In this document: piece after piece, positions 17,834-18,141 of the stretch | Layout of the letters: the number at the start of each line of letters is the position of its first letter | Numbering within the stretch: position 1 is the first letter of the stretch | UHGV virus genome: UHGV-0189264 | Direction: 5' to 3' (one strand) | Length of the DNA: 18,141 bases | Source: a virus | The notes under the pieces: model-generated | Databases searched by the model: none | Seen by the model: the letters and a program-made list of their open reading frames with translations, nothing else | What the model was told of the DNA's origin: nothing | Position numbers and translations under genes: made by a program

Positions 17834-18141
17834 CCATTACAAAGCCTATCTACGGGTGGGCTTGATAATGAAACCGGAGTTAATTTCTGGTCACTAATTA
17901 ACAGCAGTACCACGAAACAACCCAAGCCAGTAAGTGGGGAAATAACACTGGCAGCCACTGAAAGATGAACCTCCTGCCTTATGGCAAAAAAGATTCTTTG
18001 TGGTGGCGGACTGATGGAAAGACATCGGTTATTGCAGAGACCATTCAATGAGTGGTCTCGACAATGGCTTATACCCTACACGGGATAACTTAACTGATAT
18101 CCCTTTTAACGGATAAACGGAGCCAACAATGGCAGAGATTA

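Noticed and set aside
17731-18048. 105-aa minus-strand ORF at the right end of the window
   Set aside because: Overlaps the 85-aa plus-strand gene by about 100 nt; product is Ser/Pro/Leu-rich and looks like antisense translation. A lambda-bor-like lipoprotein was looked for here and not found.
17834-18141. Possible cos site or terminase start at the right edge
   Set aside because: No recognisable cosN/cosB-like sequence. An ATG at 18129 with an upstream GGAG could begin the next gene, but only 13 nt are in the window.

Overview
The window is the left end, early/immunity, replication, nin, late-regulation and lysis part of a mosaic lambdoid prophage from an enterobacterial genome. Left to right: (1) the 3' end of a host-like membrane transporter gene; (2) a roughly 530-bp junction with only a short integrase-like C-terminal remnant, then an intact AlpA/Xis-family gene; (3) a leftward (minus-strand) PL-type operon: N, ral, ea10-like, cIII-like, kil-like, an Erf recombinase with an SSB-like protein, and several small ea-type ORFs (DUF551, Ea22-like); (4) an immunity region with phage-434-type cI and cro, with three 14-bp ACAA-N6-TTGT operators each in OR and OL, flanked by lambda-type nutL and nutR boxA/boxB; (5) rightward genes cII, an O-family initiator containing ori iterons, a DnaB-family helicase, a tR2-like terminator, ninB, a NinC-like PAPS-reductase-family gene, ninE/ninX/ninF/ninG/ninH-like genes, a lambda-PPase-type phosphatase and a Q antiterminator; (6) a roughly 600-nt untranslated late leader, then S, R, Rz/Rz1; (7) a KilA-N domain gene with a coupled small ORF. 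All protein and family assignments come from reading the translations and from memory of lambda/434/P22 proteins; no database search was run. The most interesting item is a signal-peptide-bearing ORF translationally coupled to the 3' end of cI, in the position where lambda carries rexAB. Other candidates are an extremely acidic micro-ORF between N and ral, a hydrophobic micro-ORF coupled between the helicase and ninB, and the degraded integrase.
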